From a phage: a DNA stretch of 64,000 nucleotides. The notes beneath the pieces were generated by a model. The model had not been told where the DNA came from, searched no databases, and was given only the letters and a program-made list of their open reading frames with translations. Positions 19,014 to 28,033 of this stretch are shown in pieces. A program made the translations under genes and the position numbers. Within the stretch, counting starts at the first letter, position 1. Each line of letters starts with the position of its first letter. The stretch lies in the sequence record PZ386974.1; one strand, given 5' to 3'.

Positions 19014-19301
19014 CTAAAAGAAACTTTTTTCGGTATTTTTTCCACTGAACCAAACCGACTTCGGGATTTTTTGTAATTTTTCAGATTTAAGTTTCTCTTC
19101 CTGTTCTTTCTTATATACACCCTTGTCGTACTGGAGCATCTCTATGGCATTCTTTTGCAAACGATCTAAGGTAATTAAGGCTTTAGTTTTTCCTTTCAAG
19201 GAAGAGTCCTGGCGAACCTCCTCGCTATATTGCATCGTAGAACTAACCATACGATGAGCATAGAGTTCGACTGCGGCTTTAATTTTTTGCATAAAATCCA
19301 T
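19014..19301 (-). CDS. Hypothetical protein
   Basis: 95 aa ORF. Confidence 0.45.
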   Translation of the reverse strand: MDFMQKIKAAVELYAHRMVSSTMQYSEEVRQDSSLKGKTKALITLDRLQKNAIEMLQYDKGVYKKEQEEKLKSEKLQKIPKSVWFSGKNTEKSFF

Positions 19302-19438
19302 AACATATCCTCTTTGATTTGTACATCATTATTTTAAATATTTCTATGCCCTCAGTAGGTTCCTAGTGTCCTTCTTTGAGGTAAGCCATATGATTATTCA
19401 TCTTTATGGCTTTTGTTACCTCAGAACTTCCTATAAGC

Positions 19439-20417
19439 TTATTTCAGTAAAGTTACTTCGGAGATTTCCTCCCAACCATCTTTATCAGTTGAAATAAAAT
19501 CTGCTACATAAAGAGCCGTACGTAATGATACATTGCGAAGACGAGATACGTTAGCCTTCATCCAGGACAATGCTTTGTACGTTTCAGCATCAGTCAGACC
19601 ACGTTTCTGCATCATGTCAGTAGATAATATTACGTCTTCAACTCGAACCATAATCTCTTCATTAGAGTGTACTCCAAGGTCGAGATACACTGAACGAGAT
19701 ACTAAAGCTTGAAGGTGTGGGGCAAGTTTCGAACCACGTTCTAACTCTTTATCGATATCAACGTTTGTAATGAAAACGATAGTACCTTCAAACTCAAATT
19801 CTTTATCAATACCCTTATCATCAAGATAAGATGACGCAGTGCTCCAACAAACTTTGCGTTTATCTCCGGTATCTAATGCTGCTTTAAGAAGGTTCAAGAT
19901 ATCCATATCAGAGAATACATCAACATCGTCGATTAAGAGAACGCTGTCTGCATCACGGTTGAGCCAAAGTTGTTCGTAAAGGCCGATACCAGAGATTTTA
20001 CCATTAATGCTTTTGTATTTGATGAAACCATTATCATTAGCATTATTAAGTGCTTTATCCAGAGAATACGTCTTACCAATACCGGCTGCACCTGAAATGA
20101 TGAGTGAACGAATTTTGCCATCGATAATGCCATTCGTCATCATGTTCATTACTTTAAAGCGTTTGTTGATACGAGTTTTCATATCTTCAGTGCTTTCAAC
20201 AACTGCAACTGGTGATGTCTCAACTCCTTCCATTACGATGTCTGATTTGAAGACCCATACTCCACGTTCAGAACCATCAATCATAACGAAAATTTTACCA
20301 TCACCTAAGTGGGAACATTCAGGATTAAGCTTTGCTGGGAACCATGTCTTTGTGGCGACATAAGAACCAGAGATTTCGTTATTACGATAGATACCTTTTT
20401 TGATTTGAACGTTGAAC
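19439..20417 (-). CDS. Hypothetical P-loop NTPase
   Basis: Walker A GAAGIGKT and Walker B LLIDDVD; track start 20440, but the ATG at 20417 has a strong GGAGA Shine-Dalgarno. Confidence 0.55.
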
Positions 20418-20516
20418 ATTTTATTCTCCAATTTACTCATTTCGTTTCGATAGGTCTATAATAACATATCCTAAAAGCATGTACACTACTTTTTAAAAAT
20501 ATTTTAACCCCCTAAA

Positions 20517-20532
20517 GGGACCCGAAGGTCCC
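20517..20532 (-). terminator. Hairpin GGGACC-UUCG-GGUCCC downstream of the 20538..20819 gene
   Basis: Perfect 6 bp GC stem with UUCG loop; the following U tract is interrupted. Confidence 0.4.
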
Positions 20533-20537
20533 CACAT

Positions 20538-20819
20538 TTACTTATCGCACTTAGCAACATAATTAGGCATATCACAGAATACGGAGCGAGTAACTACTCG
20601 ACCCTTTGACCATGCTTCAGTTGCTTGTCCGGCAGTGCTATTAATATAGCTTGATTTGATATTCTCAATACCCTGAGAATGTGATGCATTTACCGAACCG
20701 TTGGAAGGCCCAGAAGACTGGTTACCACCAGCTCCTGCACTACCGCTGGCTGCACCCGTGGTAGCACCAACAGAGAACGCCATCATTACTGCGAATAAAC
20801 CAATTACTAATTTTTTCAT
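20538..20819 (-). CDS. Hypothetical secreted Gly/Ser-rich protein with signal peptide
   Basis: N-terminal MKKLVIGLFAVMMAFSVGA, then a G/S/A-rich low-complexity region and two C-terminal cysteines. Confidence 0.5.
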   Translation of the reverse strand: MKKLVIGLFAVMMAFSVGATTGAASGSAGAGGNQSSGPSNGSVNASHSQGIENIKSSYINSTAGQATEAWSKGRVVTRSVFCDMPNYVAKCDK

Positions 20820-20850
20820 ATTTACCTCAAGTGAATGGTTATTTATCTAT

Positions 20851-21840
20851 TTATTTATAGTAAGAATTATGATTTTCGAGATAGACTTGCTCAAGGAAAT
20901 CATCCCAGAAACTCATATCTACTTTTTGTTGCATACCGTTCTTAGCGGCTTGTTCTGATGCTTGTTCAACTTGGTCAACGATATCTTCTAGGAATTCTTG
21001 TACAGTTTTAAACGTATGTTTACCAAGCTTAACATCGAGAATAAATGGAGCATCCTGAAGCGGGTAAACCAGGTCACCGGTTTTGTAAATTTCCAATAAT
21101 TGAAGTCCACCACGACATGCATGACTCAATGCTTTCCAGTCAATACCTTCGTTGGCTTCCGCCTTACGAGCACGTTCACCATAGTTCTCTTCCAGTTTAA
21201 CCAGGATGGCATTGAACTCTTTATTGGTTAACGTGTCTTGGAATTTACGGTCCAACAGATTATAGAATGTTTGCTTACCTGTTTTCTCGTTTTCGGTTTC
21301 AACCCACGAAGCAAATTCACCTACAGGCAGAACATTCTTCATATGTGATAAACGAATTACTGCACCATTATCAAAGTATTGTCCCCATTCATTAGAACGT
21401 TTAAGGGCTTGTCGAAGAACAGCCAGTCGAGAACCCTTGACACCGTATTTAGAAGCTTGCTTACGGACATACCCTAAATAAGATTTCATGTTAGTGGTAT
21501 AGAAACGAGACCTGTTATCTTGAATATACTTCCATACATCAGGCAAATCAGATTTAACTACTAGACTTTGTGGAGTGTGAAGCATATCTAATGCGACGGT
21601 TTCACCATCTGCAGCTAGTTTAAAGAAATATTTGAGACTATATAACTCATGGTCCACGTCGTCTTTTGTGTTCTTAGAAGATGTGTTATTCGTGTTCTTG
21701 CTCATATGTTCTTTAACGTTACCGGTCAAGATATCACGAGCATGAGGGACATAAATTTCTTTAAAATCAACGTCAGATTCTGGGGTAGACGTTCCATAAA
21801 GGTGGCTACCAAAGTAGCCTTTCATAATTGTTTTCATCAT
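20851..21840 (-). CDS. Predicted nucleotidyltransferase-fold protein (Pol-beta-like NTase motif)
   Basis: N-terminal GSHLYGTSTPESDVDF (GS-x10-DxD) and downstream VALDMLH acidic residue; 329 aa. Confidence 0.5.
   Translation of the reverse strand: MMKTIMKGYFGSHLYGTSTPESDVDFKEIYVPHARDILTGNVKEHMSKNTNNTSSKNTKDDVDHELYSLKYFFKLAADGETVALDMLHTPQSLVVKSDLPDVWKYIQDNRSRFYTTNMKSYLGYVRKQASKYGVKGSRLAVLRQALKRSNEWGQYFDNGAVIRLSHMKNVLPVGEFASWVETENEKTGKQTFYNLLDRKFQDTLTNKEFNAILVKLEENYGERARKAEANEGIDWKALSHACRGGLQLLEIYKTGDLVYPLQDAPFILDVKLGKHTFKTVQEFLEDIVDQVEQASEQAAKNGMQQKVDMSFWDDFLEQVYLENHNSYYK
20852..20859 (-). promoter_or_regulatory. Late promoter-like TATAAATA (minus strand) upstream of the 20538..20819 gene
   Basis: Exact TATAAATA about 33 nt upstream of the ATG. 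Confidence 0.4.
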
Positions 21841-22310
21841 TTAGCCTTATATTCAAGAGTAGGACAGACTTTTTCTTTACGAGCTTTAAGGTATTCACCT
21901 ATTAATGATTTCTTACGTTCAATAGGCGCAAGTCCATTTTTAATTCGTTCTTGGTTTTGTGCAATGAGCTCAATTTCTTTATAATATTTTCTGTCGTTAT
22001 ATTTGTCTAACAACCAAGACGGACCAATTACCGCCCCGACAGCAATAAGAACCATTACTGATATTGTTAAAATGCCTATACCAATTGAAGCAGGAACTAA
22101 TGTCCATAAACTACTAAAGACAAAGAATTTAGTTAAAATTTCTTGGCCAATGATTGCGGCACCTGCTAAAGTTGCAAATCCAACAATTGAAACAGCCAAT
22201 ACCGGAATAAACGTTTTCCAAAAATAAGCACATAATGTTTTCGGACGATTCCATGTACTATTGAACGTGGCATAAATTTTAAAGTGCCAAGAGTTTTCAT
22301 TGATAATCAT
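21837..22310 (-). CDS. Hypothetical membrane protein
   Basis: 157 aa with several hydrophobic helices. Confidence 0.5.
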   Translation of the reverse strand: MIINENSWHFKIYATFNSTWNRPKTLCAYFWKTFIPVLAVSIVGFATLAGAAIIGQEILTKFFVFSSLWTLVPASIGIGILTISVMVLIAVGAVIGPSWLLDKYNDRKYYKEIELIAQNQERIKNGLAPIERKKSLIGEYLKARKEKVCPTLEYKAK

Positions 22311-22319
22311 AATAATTCC

Positions 22320-22862
22320 TTATTTCAAAGTCGGGATAATAGAATCGAGATAAGCTTTAAGAGCAACTGCTTCATCTTTGTCTAATGTAATGATATGTTG
22401 ACGAAGGTCGTCAATTTGACGAATAACTACAACATCACCGTCTTCATAAGAAGGATTAACGCTCAGGACTGTTGTATAGTCAGGGTTGTCCTGATTTGTA
22501 ATAAAAGCATTACGACATTTAGCCCATTGAAGTTTGGCCTTTTTGGCTGTTTCAGATTCCATGAATTCTTTCACTTTAGCGACGAATGTTTTCCAATTAT
22601 TAATAGAAAAACATTCGTCTTCTGTTTCGATATTAACCCCACTATAAAGTCCGTGATAAAAACGAACTTGAAGGTCTTCATCAATGTTAATTACAGATGC
22701 ATGGCCTGGTGGATTGAGTTTCAAAATCTTGTCCAGTTCCATAGGAAGAATAGTAACAGCATCATCTTCTTGCGTCAGAACGTAAGCATAACCGCGTTTT
22801 TCAATACATAAATCACCAAACAATTCAGTTGTTTCAATTACAGTTTTCATATTATTCACCAA
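22320..22862 (-). CDS. Hypothetical protein
   Basis: 180 aa ORF. Confidence 0.5.
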   Translation of the reverse strand: MVNNMKTVIETTELFGDLCIEKRGYAYVLTQEDDAVTILPMELDKILKLNPPGHASVINIDEDLQVRFYHGLYSGVNIETEDECFSINNWKTFVAKVKEFMESETAKKAKLQWAKCRNAFITNQDNPDYTTVLSVNPSYEDGDVVVIRQIDDLRQHIITLDKDEAVALKAYLDSIIPTLK

Positions 22863-23150
22863 TTAAAGTTTCAACAAAATTCACCAAAGCATTCTGGCAA
22901 GCGTCAACCTGATTTTCATAAAAGTCTCCGTTATCATTTACCGCATGATAAGCTACATCATTCAAATCTGAATCGGCTTCACGTAAGTCATGGATAAGGT
23001 CCATCAATTTATTAGCTTGTTCACGGGTCATTTTACCATACTCGTTTCAATAAGATTCACTATGCCGTTTACCATGTTATAAGTAAACATCGGATAATTG
23101 TATTGTACTACAACATAAGCGATAAGCAAAAGTTTCATTTTGTTCTCCGT

Positions 23151-23195
23151 TCGTTTTGATAGGACTACTATAACATAGTCCTATCAAGTTGTAAA
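23151..23195 (-). promoter_or_regulatory. PeSL: GTTTAC -35, perfect 10 bp inverted repeat GATAGGACTA/TAGTCCTATC with the -10 (TATAGT) in the loop
   Basis: Plus strand ttttgataggactactataacatagtcctatcaagttgtaaac; coordinates approximate. Confidence 0.5.
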
Positions 23196-23432
23196 CTACC
23201 GATTGTGTTTTAAATGTTGATAAAGTTCTTCAACTTGTTTAGGGTCCAAAACAATTAAGTCATTTTCTTGACGAAGATAAATCCATCCCTTATCCCCAGG
23301 GCCATTTTTACAAAACATCACCGTCGTCATATCGTCATCTTCAGCGCTTTCAGGTAAAAGTTCAAGTACACCATCTTCAGATTTTCCAGTATAATCGTAA
23401 AGCATAATATCCTCACATAATCTCGTTAACAT
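23196..23432 (-). CDS. Hypothetical protein
   Basis: 78 aa ORF. Confidence 0.5.
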   Translation of the reverse strand: MLTRLCEDIMLYDYTGKSEDGVLELLPESAEDDDMTTVMFCKNGPGDKGWIYLRQENDLIVLDPKQVEELYQHLKHNR

Positions 23433-23592
23433 ACATTTGCAATTCGGTGTGCGTATCAGCCATCTTTTTCATAGCTCTGTTAATGTCGATGTCTCCATCT
23501 TCGCAACCATGAGCATTTTCCCAATCAGATACCGCATTAGCGTACTCTTCAATCAAAAACATCAACTTAGAAATTTTTTCTTTACGTGACAT
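23413..23592 (-). CDS. Hypothetical protein
   Basis: Track ORF 23413..23661 begins at TTG; ATG at 23592 (MSRKEKISKLMF...). Confidence 0.45.
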   Translation of the reverse strand: MSRKEKISKLMFLIEEYANAVSDWENAHGCEDGDIDINRAMKKMADTHTELQMYVNEIM

Positions 23593-23664
23593 AACGTTCT
23601 CCTCTAGTAAGTAAGGTCTACTATAACACAACCTGAGGAAAAGTAAACTGCTAAATGCCAAAAA

Positions 23665-23686
23665 GCCCCAACCTTTCGGAAGGGGC
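23665..23686 (-). terminator. Intrinsic terminator hairpin GCCCC-uu-CC-GAAA-GG-uu-GGGGC plus U-run, downstream of rI
   Basis: Same hairpin sequence recurs at about 39055 and, with a different loop, at about 38511. Confidence 0.6.
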
Positions 23687-23693
23687 TATTAAA

Positions 23694-23996
23694 TTAGATA
23701 GATGTAGGCTCTAATTTTATTTTCATGAACTCAGCAAATTGTCTGGCGGTTTTTATGCCTTGTTCATGACATTCAAATGCATCATCACAGGGACTATTTT
23801 TGTAATGCTTTGCCATATACTTATAGAATTTTTCAGAATTCTCGACATTTTGAATTTCAAACAAAGTATATACGTTTTTAATCCCTGATTCCATAAAGTT
23901 ATCAAAATATGGGTCGATATGTGCAGTACCAACGATAGGAGTTGTTGCTGCAAAAAACCCCAGCATCGCTATGACAGCTATCGCTCTTAAGGCCAT
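23694..23996 (-). CDS. rI: Lysis inhibition regulator RI (antiholin)
   Basis: 100 aa; MALRAIAVIAMLGFFAAT... signal-anchor N-terminus and ...DPYFDNFMESGIKNVY... resemble T4 RI as recalled. Confidence 0.75.
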   Translation of the reverse strand: MALRAIAVIAMLGFFAATTPIVGTAHIDPYFDNFMESGIKNVYTLFEIQNVENSEKFYKYMAKHYKNSPCDDAFECHEQGIKTARQFAEFMKIKLEPTSI

Positions 23997-24008
23997 ATAG
24001 GCCTCCTG

Positions 24009-24221
24009 TTAATTTTGGCCAGTATTTATTTTTCGCCTTTGGACGGCCTTAACATCTGTGAGGTATTTTTCCAGCTTGCGCTTGCGTGTATAATCAGCTT
24101 TAGAACCAGTTTGACGGATATCCTCATTTAAATGAGAAATAGAATGTCCTAATTCTCTTCGGATTTCATCCAATTGGGTTACAGTAAGATTACGAAGTTG
24201 TCTTTCGTTTAATTGCTGCAT
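24009..24221 (-). CDS. Hypothetical protein
   Basis: 70 aa ORF. Confidence 0.45.
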   Translation of the reverse strand: MQQLNERQLRNLTVTQLDEIRRELGHSISHLNEDIRQTGSKADYTRKRKLEKYLTDVKAVQRRKINTGQN

Positions 24222-24248
24222 ATATACCTCTTGGTTAGATATTAGTAT

Positions 24249-24830
24249 TTATAACAACCCTGTCAAATCATTCCAATGCTTCCGGCATAATGACACGTAT
24301 CTATCAGTATCACCAATTTCAATTTGACTGCCATCTGTAATTGGAAGTCCGTCTTCCGTGACTCTAGCTACCATTGTGGCCTTTTTACCACAATGACAGA
24401 CACCTTTAAGTTCAACAAGCTTATCGGCAATAGCCATTAATGCTTGAGAACCTTCAAATAGATTACCTTTAAAATCTGTTCGTAGTCCATATGCCATTAC
24501 TGGCACATTGTATACGTCAACAATACGACTAAGTTGATACACCTTTTCAGTAGTTAAGAACTGAGCTTCGTCAACAAATACACAATGAATATCCTTTTGT
24601 GCTGCAGCCCATTTATAGAATTCAAAGATGTCCATGTCTTTTGTAATTATATTGGCATCCTGACGAATACCAATACGAGAGACTATTTCACCTTTTGAAT
24701 CACGAGTATCAATAGCCGGTTTAAGAACTAATACACCCATGCCACGTTCTTTATAGTTATGTGCAGCAGTAAGTAATGAAGCAGACTTACCGGCATTCAT
24801 AGCGGCATATGTAAAAATTAAACTAGCCAT
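24249..24830 (-). CDS. tk: Thymidine kinase
   Basis: 193 aa; P-loop AAMNAGKS, VFVDEAQF, C-terminal zinc-binding CHCG...C motif. Confidence 0.92.
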   Translation of the reverse strand: MASLIFTYAAMNAGKSASLLTAAHNYKERGMGVLVLKPAIDTRDSKGEIVSRIGIRQDANIITKDMDIFEFYKWAAAQKDIHCVFVDEAQFLTTEKVYQLSRIVDVYNVPVMAYGLRTDFKGNLFEGSQALMAIADKLVELKGVCHCGKKATMVARVTEDGLPITDGSQIEIGDTDRYVSLCRKHWNDLTGLL

Positions 24831-24839
24831 AAGAGTCCC

Positions 24840-25022
24840 TTATAGTGAATTCACGTAGTCAATGAGTTCTTGTTCTTTCCTGTCAAATGATTCCATCAAT
24901 GCGTGATATTCTTCGTCCGTCAAAGGAGCATATTCATCGTACGCATTGGTGGCTGCTTGTTCATCCAATAGGTCATGGATAAGTTCAAACAGTTTAGTTT
25001 TCTCTTCTTTAGACAATTTCAT
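24840..25022 (-). CDS. Hypothetical acidic protein
   Basis: 60 aa ORF. Confidence 0.45.
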   Translation of the reverse strand: MKLSKEEKTKLFELIHDLLDEQAATNAYDEYAPLTDEEYHALMESFDRKEQELIDYVNSL

Positions 25023-25513
25023 TTAGGTTCCCAATCAACAATCACAATTTCTAGTTTAGTGGAATACGTATCCAAAATCTCTTCGATGACATCCCAGTTT
25101 CCACCACCAATACCTGCACCAATTCTTGGCATATAAATTACAGGCTTTGTTATCTTATTCTTTCCGAATTCATTTAATTCTATTATACAATTCATTAAAG
25201 CAGAGTACTCAAAATTAGGTCCCGGCTCAAACTGTGTATAAAGATTAAAGCAATAAGCTTTATGGGTCTTAAAATATTTTTCATAAACCGAATAAGTCCC
25301 GAGTTTAGACTCGTCTCCGAATTCGGTTTGAAGTTTATCGGCTTCCAGAATTTTTGGATAAGCCTTTGCTAATTGTCCTGCCACACCCGCGCCCATTGTA
25401 TGAAAACAATTACACCCATGAGCAATATTATTACCTTTAGAAAACAGGGCGACAATATCGCCCTTGATATAGTTTTTAATCACTTGCTGCAAGTCCTCTA
25501 TTATAAGAGTCAA
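25019..25513 (-). CDS. Macrodomain protein (TARG1/DarG-like ADP-ribose binding or hydrolase fold); start codon uncertain (TTG at 25513 or GTG at 25483)
   Basis: YIKGDIVALFSKGNNIAHGCNCFHTMGAGVAGQ and YMPRIGAGIGGGNW align to the TARG1 motifs (IAHCISEDCRMGAGIA and MPRIGCGLDRL) as recalled. Confidence 0.65.
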   Translation of the reverse strand: MTLIIEDLQQVIKNYIKGDIVALFSKGNNIAHGCNCFHTMGAGVAGQLAKAYPKILEADKLQTEFGDESKLGTYSVYEKYFKTHKAYCFNLYTQFEPGPNFEYSALMNCIIELNEFGKNKITKPVIYMPRIGAGIGGGNWDVIEEILDTYSTKLEIVIVDWEPK

Positions 25514-25823
25514 CTAGACGGTCCACCATAGAATTGCATGCTGCCTTATCTTTAGGTTCCGCCACCGAGCATTCTAATATTTGCCATTTTTTATAGTATC
25601 TTTTAATTAAGGTAGACGCCTTGAACCTACTAGACGCCCCATCTTTTTCTCCGTCTTTATACGCATATAACAATTTTTGTGAAAAATCTACTTTACACTC
25701 TTGACTTTTACCACAATAATCAGACGCCGTTCTATTTGTATACTCCGTTACATCAGTATATGTAGTATTAGCAAGAGCGTTAAATGAAACCAAGCCAACT
25801 ATTAAAGCCAACATTTTGGTCAT
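25476..25823 (-). CDS. Hypothetical periplasmic protein with signal peptide (T4 vs-size, 115 aa)
   Basis: MTKMLALIVGLVSFNALA signal peptide; four cysteines. Confidence 0.5.
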   Translation of the reverse strand: MTKMLALIVGLVSFNALANTTYTDVTEYTNRTASDYCGKSQECKVDFSQKLLYAYKDGEKDGASSRFKASTLIKRYYKKWQILECSVAEPKDKAACNSMVDRLVDSYNRGLAASD

Positions 25824-26362
25824 TCTTTTATTTCCAGTAGTTTATTTGATTTAAGGTAATTAGCCTTTTCTAGGACTTCAGAAGCATATTTATTTCCAGC
25901 ACTTGTCTTCCATCCCGCATTATATGAGGATATAGCTTTTCTTATATCCCCGTTATGTATATTTAACCAATAAGAAAATTCGATATAAGCCCATCTGGCT
26001 GAATTAGACCGCTTAGATAGCATTTTCTTAATTTGGGCATCAGTCATATTATAACCAAGCTGGTTAATTCGTGCCCTCATTGTTGGTAGATAATTTTGGA
26101 ACATTCCATACGCATGGTGACCTTTCTTATCTTTAAGATTAATACCAGCAGATGATTCCTGCCATAGTATTGCGGCCATTATGTATCCAAGTCCTTTCTT
26201 ATGCATATTTTCATGCGTTTTAAATTTTCCATCCTTAGAAAACTGTTCCCCAAACTGATAAGCATAATTCAAGTTATCGAGTTGGACATTACTAAAAGTA
26301 TGCTCGGAGCTATGTGCTGATAACGAAAGAGCAAATAGACCAGCGAGTAGTGCTTTTCTCAT
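25820..26362 (-). CDS. Putative secreted lytic transglycosylase (SLT-like domain)
   Basis: Signal peptide MRKALLAGLFALSLSA; WQESSAG...YGMFQ...SYNAG resembles SLT catalytic motifs. Confidence 0.5.
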   Translation of the reverse strand: MRKALLAGLFALSLSAHSSEHTFSNVQLDNLNYAYQFGEQFSKDGKFKTHENMHKKGLGYIMAAILWQESSAGINLKDKKGHHAYGMFQNYLPTMRARINQLGYNMTDAQIKKMLSKRSNSARWAYIEFSYWLNIHNGDIRKAISSYNAGWKTSAGNKYASEVLEKANYLKSNKLLEIKE

Positions 26363-26370
26363 GTTTACCT

Positions 26371-26829
26371 CTAGATTTTAATCACTGCTTTAGAAGCTTT
26401 TCCTGGTAGTCGTTTACTGTTAATAATAGCCATTCTACATTGAAGAGTCTTCATTTTGAATGCCGGATTTTCGCGACAAACTGTAAGTCCTAACCAAAGA
26501 TTTCCATCAGTTATTTCTAAACGGCCTGGGCGGTACTCGACACCTTCGACAAAATCTTCATCAACATCCGGACGTGCCGGCATTGATAAAAATTCTGCAA
26601 CTTCTTTAACGTGATTTTTTACTTTATGAAATAATTCAAAAACGTAATTCTCATCTATTTCTCTCTGGATGGCACGATCTAAGAGATGTTGAGAATACTT
26701 GATATGAAAGCCTGGTAGTCCAAGAGACTTTGCAGCATCTTTTATACCGGCATTTATTTTGCGGAACTCCGTTTCAAAGATTCGACGGAGTTTATTACGG
26801 CGGATAAAAACTTCCGAATTGATAGTCAT
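26371..26829 (-). CDS. regB: Endoribonuclease RegB
   Basis: Track ORF 26371..26853; ATG at 26829 gives MTINSEVFIRRNKLRR...RMAIINSKRLPGKASKAVIK, near-identical to T4 RegB as recalled. Confidence 0.9.
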   Translation of the reverse strand: MTINSEVFIRRNKLRRIFETEFRKINAGIKDAAKSLGLPGFHIKYSQHLLDRAIQREIDENYVFELFHKVKNHVKEVAEFLSMPARPDVDEDFVEGVEYRPGRLEITDGNLWLGLTVCRENPAFKMKTLQCRMAIINSKRLPGKASKAVIKI

Positions 26830-26834
26830 TTTGA

Positions 26835-26885
26835 TTTCTCCTCTAGTTGACAAGTCTATAGTAACACAACTAGAGGAGAAGTAAA
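26835..26885 (-). promoter_or_regulatory. PeSL upstream of regB: GTTTAC -35 and 14 bp inverted repeat TTCTCCTCTAGTTG/CAACTAGAGGAGAA around the -10
   Basis: Right arm contains the GGAG Shine-Dalgarno of regB; coordinates approximate. Confidence 0.5.
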
Positions 26886-27185
26886 CTACTCTTTGAAAGG
26901 AATTAACTTTTTAACTGCTTTAGATACTTCGTCACGAACCTGATGGAAGTTCTTGAGCTGTTCAAGGCGTTGTTCGTAATACGCAATCTCATCTTCTTCA
27001 AGACAATCGTCAGCGTCTTCTTTCAGATATGCCTTGTACTCATTAAAGAGGGCCCATAGGCGGTTCTCAAAGTCATCAAGGCTTTGAATTTTCTTGTGCT
27101 TCGGAACAAGGCCAAAAGGATTGCTTTCAGTTATGCGTCTAGATGCTTCATAATGAGTTCCAAAGCCTGATAGGATTTGAGCCAT
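26886..27185 (-). CDS. Hypothetical protein (T4 vs.x position)
   Basis: 99 aa ORF. Confidence 0.5.
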   Translation of the reverse strand: MAQILSGFGTHYEASRRITESNPFGLVPKHKKIQSLDDFENRLWALFNEYKAYLKEDADDCLEEDEIAYYEQRLEQLKNFHQVRDEVSKAVKKLIPFKE

Positions 27186-27451
27186 TAGTATTTTTCCTCA
27201 GGTCGAAATACCGCACGACATGCCCACATGCTGGCTTCTTTTAGATGTTGCTTAGCATACTTAAGAGCCTGCACTGCATCCATATCTTCTTTGGTTTGTT
27301 GCTCTGTTTCATTTTCTTTCAAGATATATGCTTCTTCAATCAGAGCATCAAACAACAATCCAAGACGGACTTCTGCATCTTTAATAGCGTTCACTTTACC
27401 GATTTTATCATCGGTATGCGGCTTGTAGCCTTTGATGTCTTCAATCGACAT
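27185..27451 (-). CDS. Hypothetical protein (T4 vs.x position)
   Basis: Track ORF 27185..27619 overlaps the next gene in another frame; internal ATG at 27451 ([10 protein letters not shown]...). Confidence 0.45.
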   Translation of the reverse strand: MSIEDIKGYKPHTDDKIGKVNAIKDAEVRLGLLFDALIEEAYILKENETEQQTKEDMDAVQALKYAKQHLKEASMWACRAVFRPEEKY

Positions 27452-27665
27452 AAGGAATTTCCTCATCGGTGGCAAGGTCATATTCGACCAATTGGATAGG
27501 CTCATTAATACCATATCCACGTACAGTGATATCAGTTGTCGGATAGTTTCCAGTAATATCACCCATTCTAAATGCTTCAGTGAATGATTGCTCGCCTGAG
27601 CAACTAAACCAGGCGGCAAAACATTTTAAAACATCTTCAGACCCTTCTATAATCAATTTAGCCAT
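27441..27665 (-). CDS. Hypothetical acidic protein
   Basis: 74 aa ORF, ATG start. Confidence 0.5.
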   Translation of the reverse strand: MAKLIIEGSEDVLKCFAAWFSCSGEQSFTEAFRMGDITGNYPTTDITVRGYGINEPIQLVEYDLATDEEIPYVD

Positions 27666-28027
27666 TATAGACTCTCAGTAAAGGTGCGAGCGATAACGTC
27701 ACGCTGCTGTTCCGGAGTCAGAGAGTTAAAGCGAACTGCATAACCGGATACACGGATGGTCAACTGCGGATATTTTTCTGGATGCTTAACTGCATCTTCC
27801 AGAGTTTCACGACGCAGAACATTAACGTTCAGGTGTTGACCACCTTCAATTTTAACTTTAGGTTGTTGTTCAATTTCAATTTCACGGGCATTCAAACCGT
27901 AGAAAATTTCCGGGTCTACAATAGCGTCTTCTTTAAAAGTCTTAGAGACAATAATCCTGGCTTGAGTACCGTCTTCAAAATAAATAGTGCCTTTGTGTGT
28001 GCCTTCAAGAATTTGATATGCTTTCAT
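27665..28027 (-). CDS. Autonomous glycyl-radical cofactor (GrcA/YfiD-like; T4 Y06I-type)
   Basis: C-terminal ...[59 protein letters not shown] with the RVSGY glycyl-radical motif. Confidence 0.85.
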   Translation of the reverse strand: MKAYQILEGTHKGTIYFEDGTQARIIVSKTFKEDAIVDPEIFYGLNAREIEIEQQPKVKIEGGQHLNVNVLRRETLEDAVKHPEKYPQLTIRVSGYAVRFNSLTPEQQRDVIARTFTESL

Positions 28028-28033
28028 ATAACC

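Noticed and set aside
27185-27451. Assignment of this ORF as Acb2 (T4 Vs.4 cyclic-nucleotide sponge)
   Set aside because: The position between regB and the GrcA-like gene fits the T4 vs.3-vs.5 interval, but I cannot recall the Vs.4 sequence to confirm; not called.
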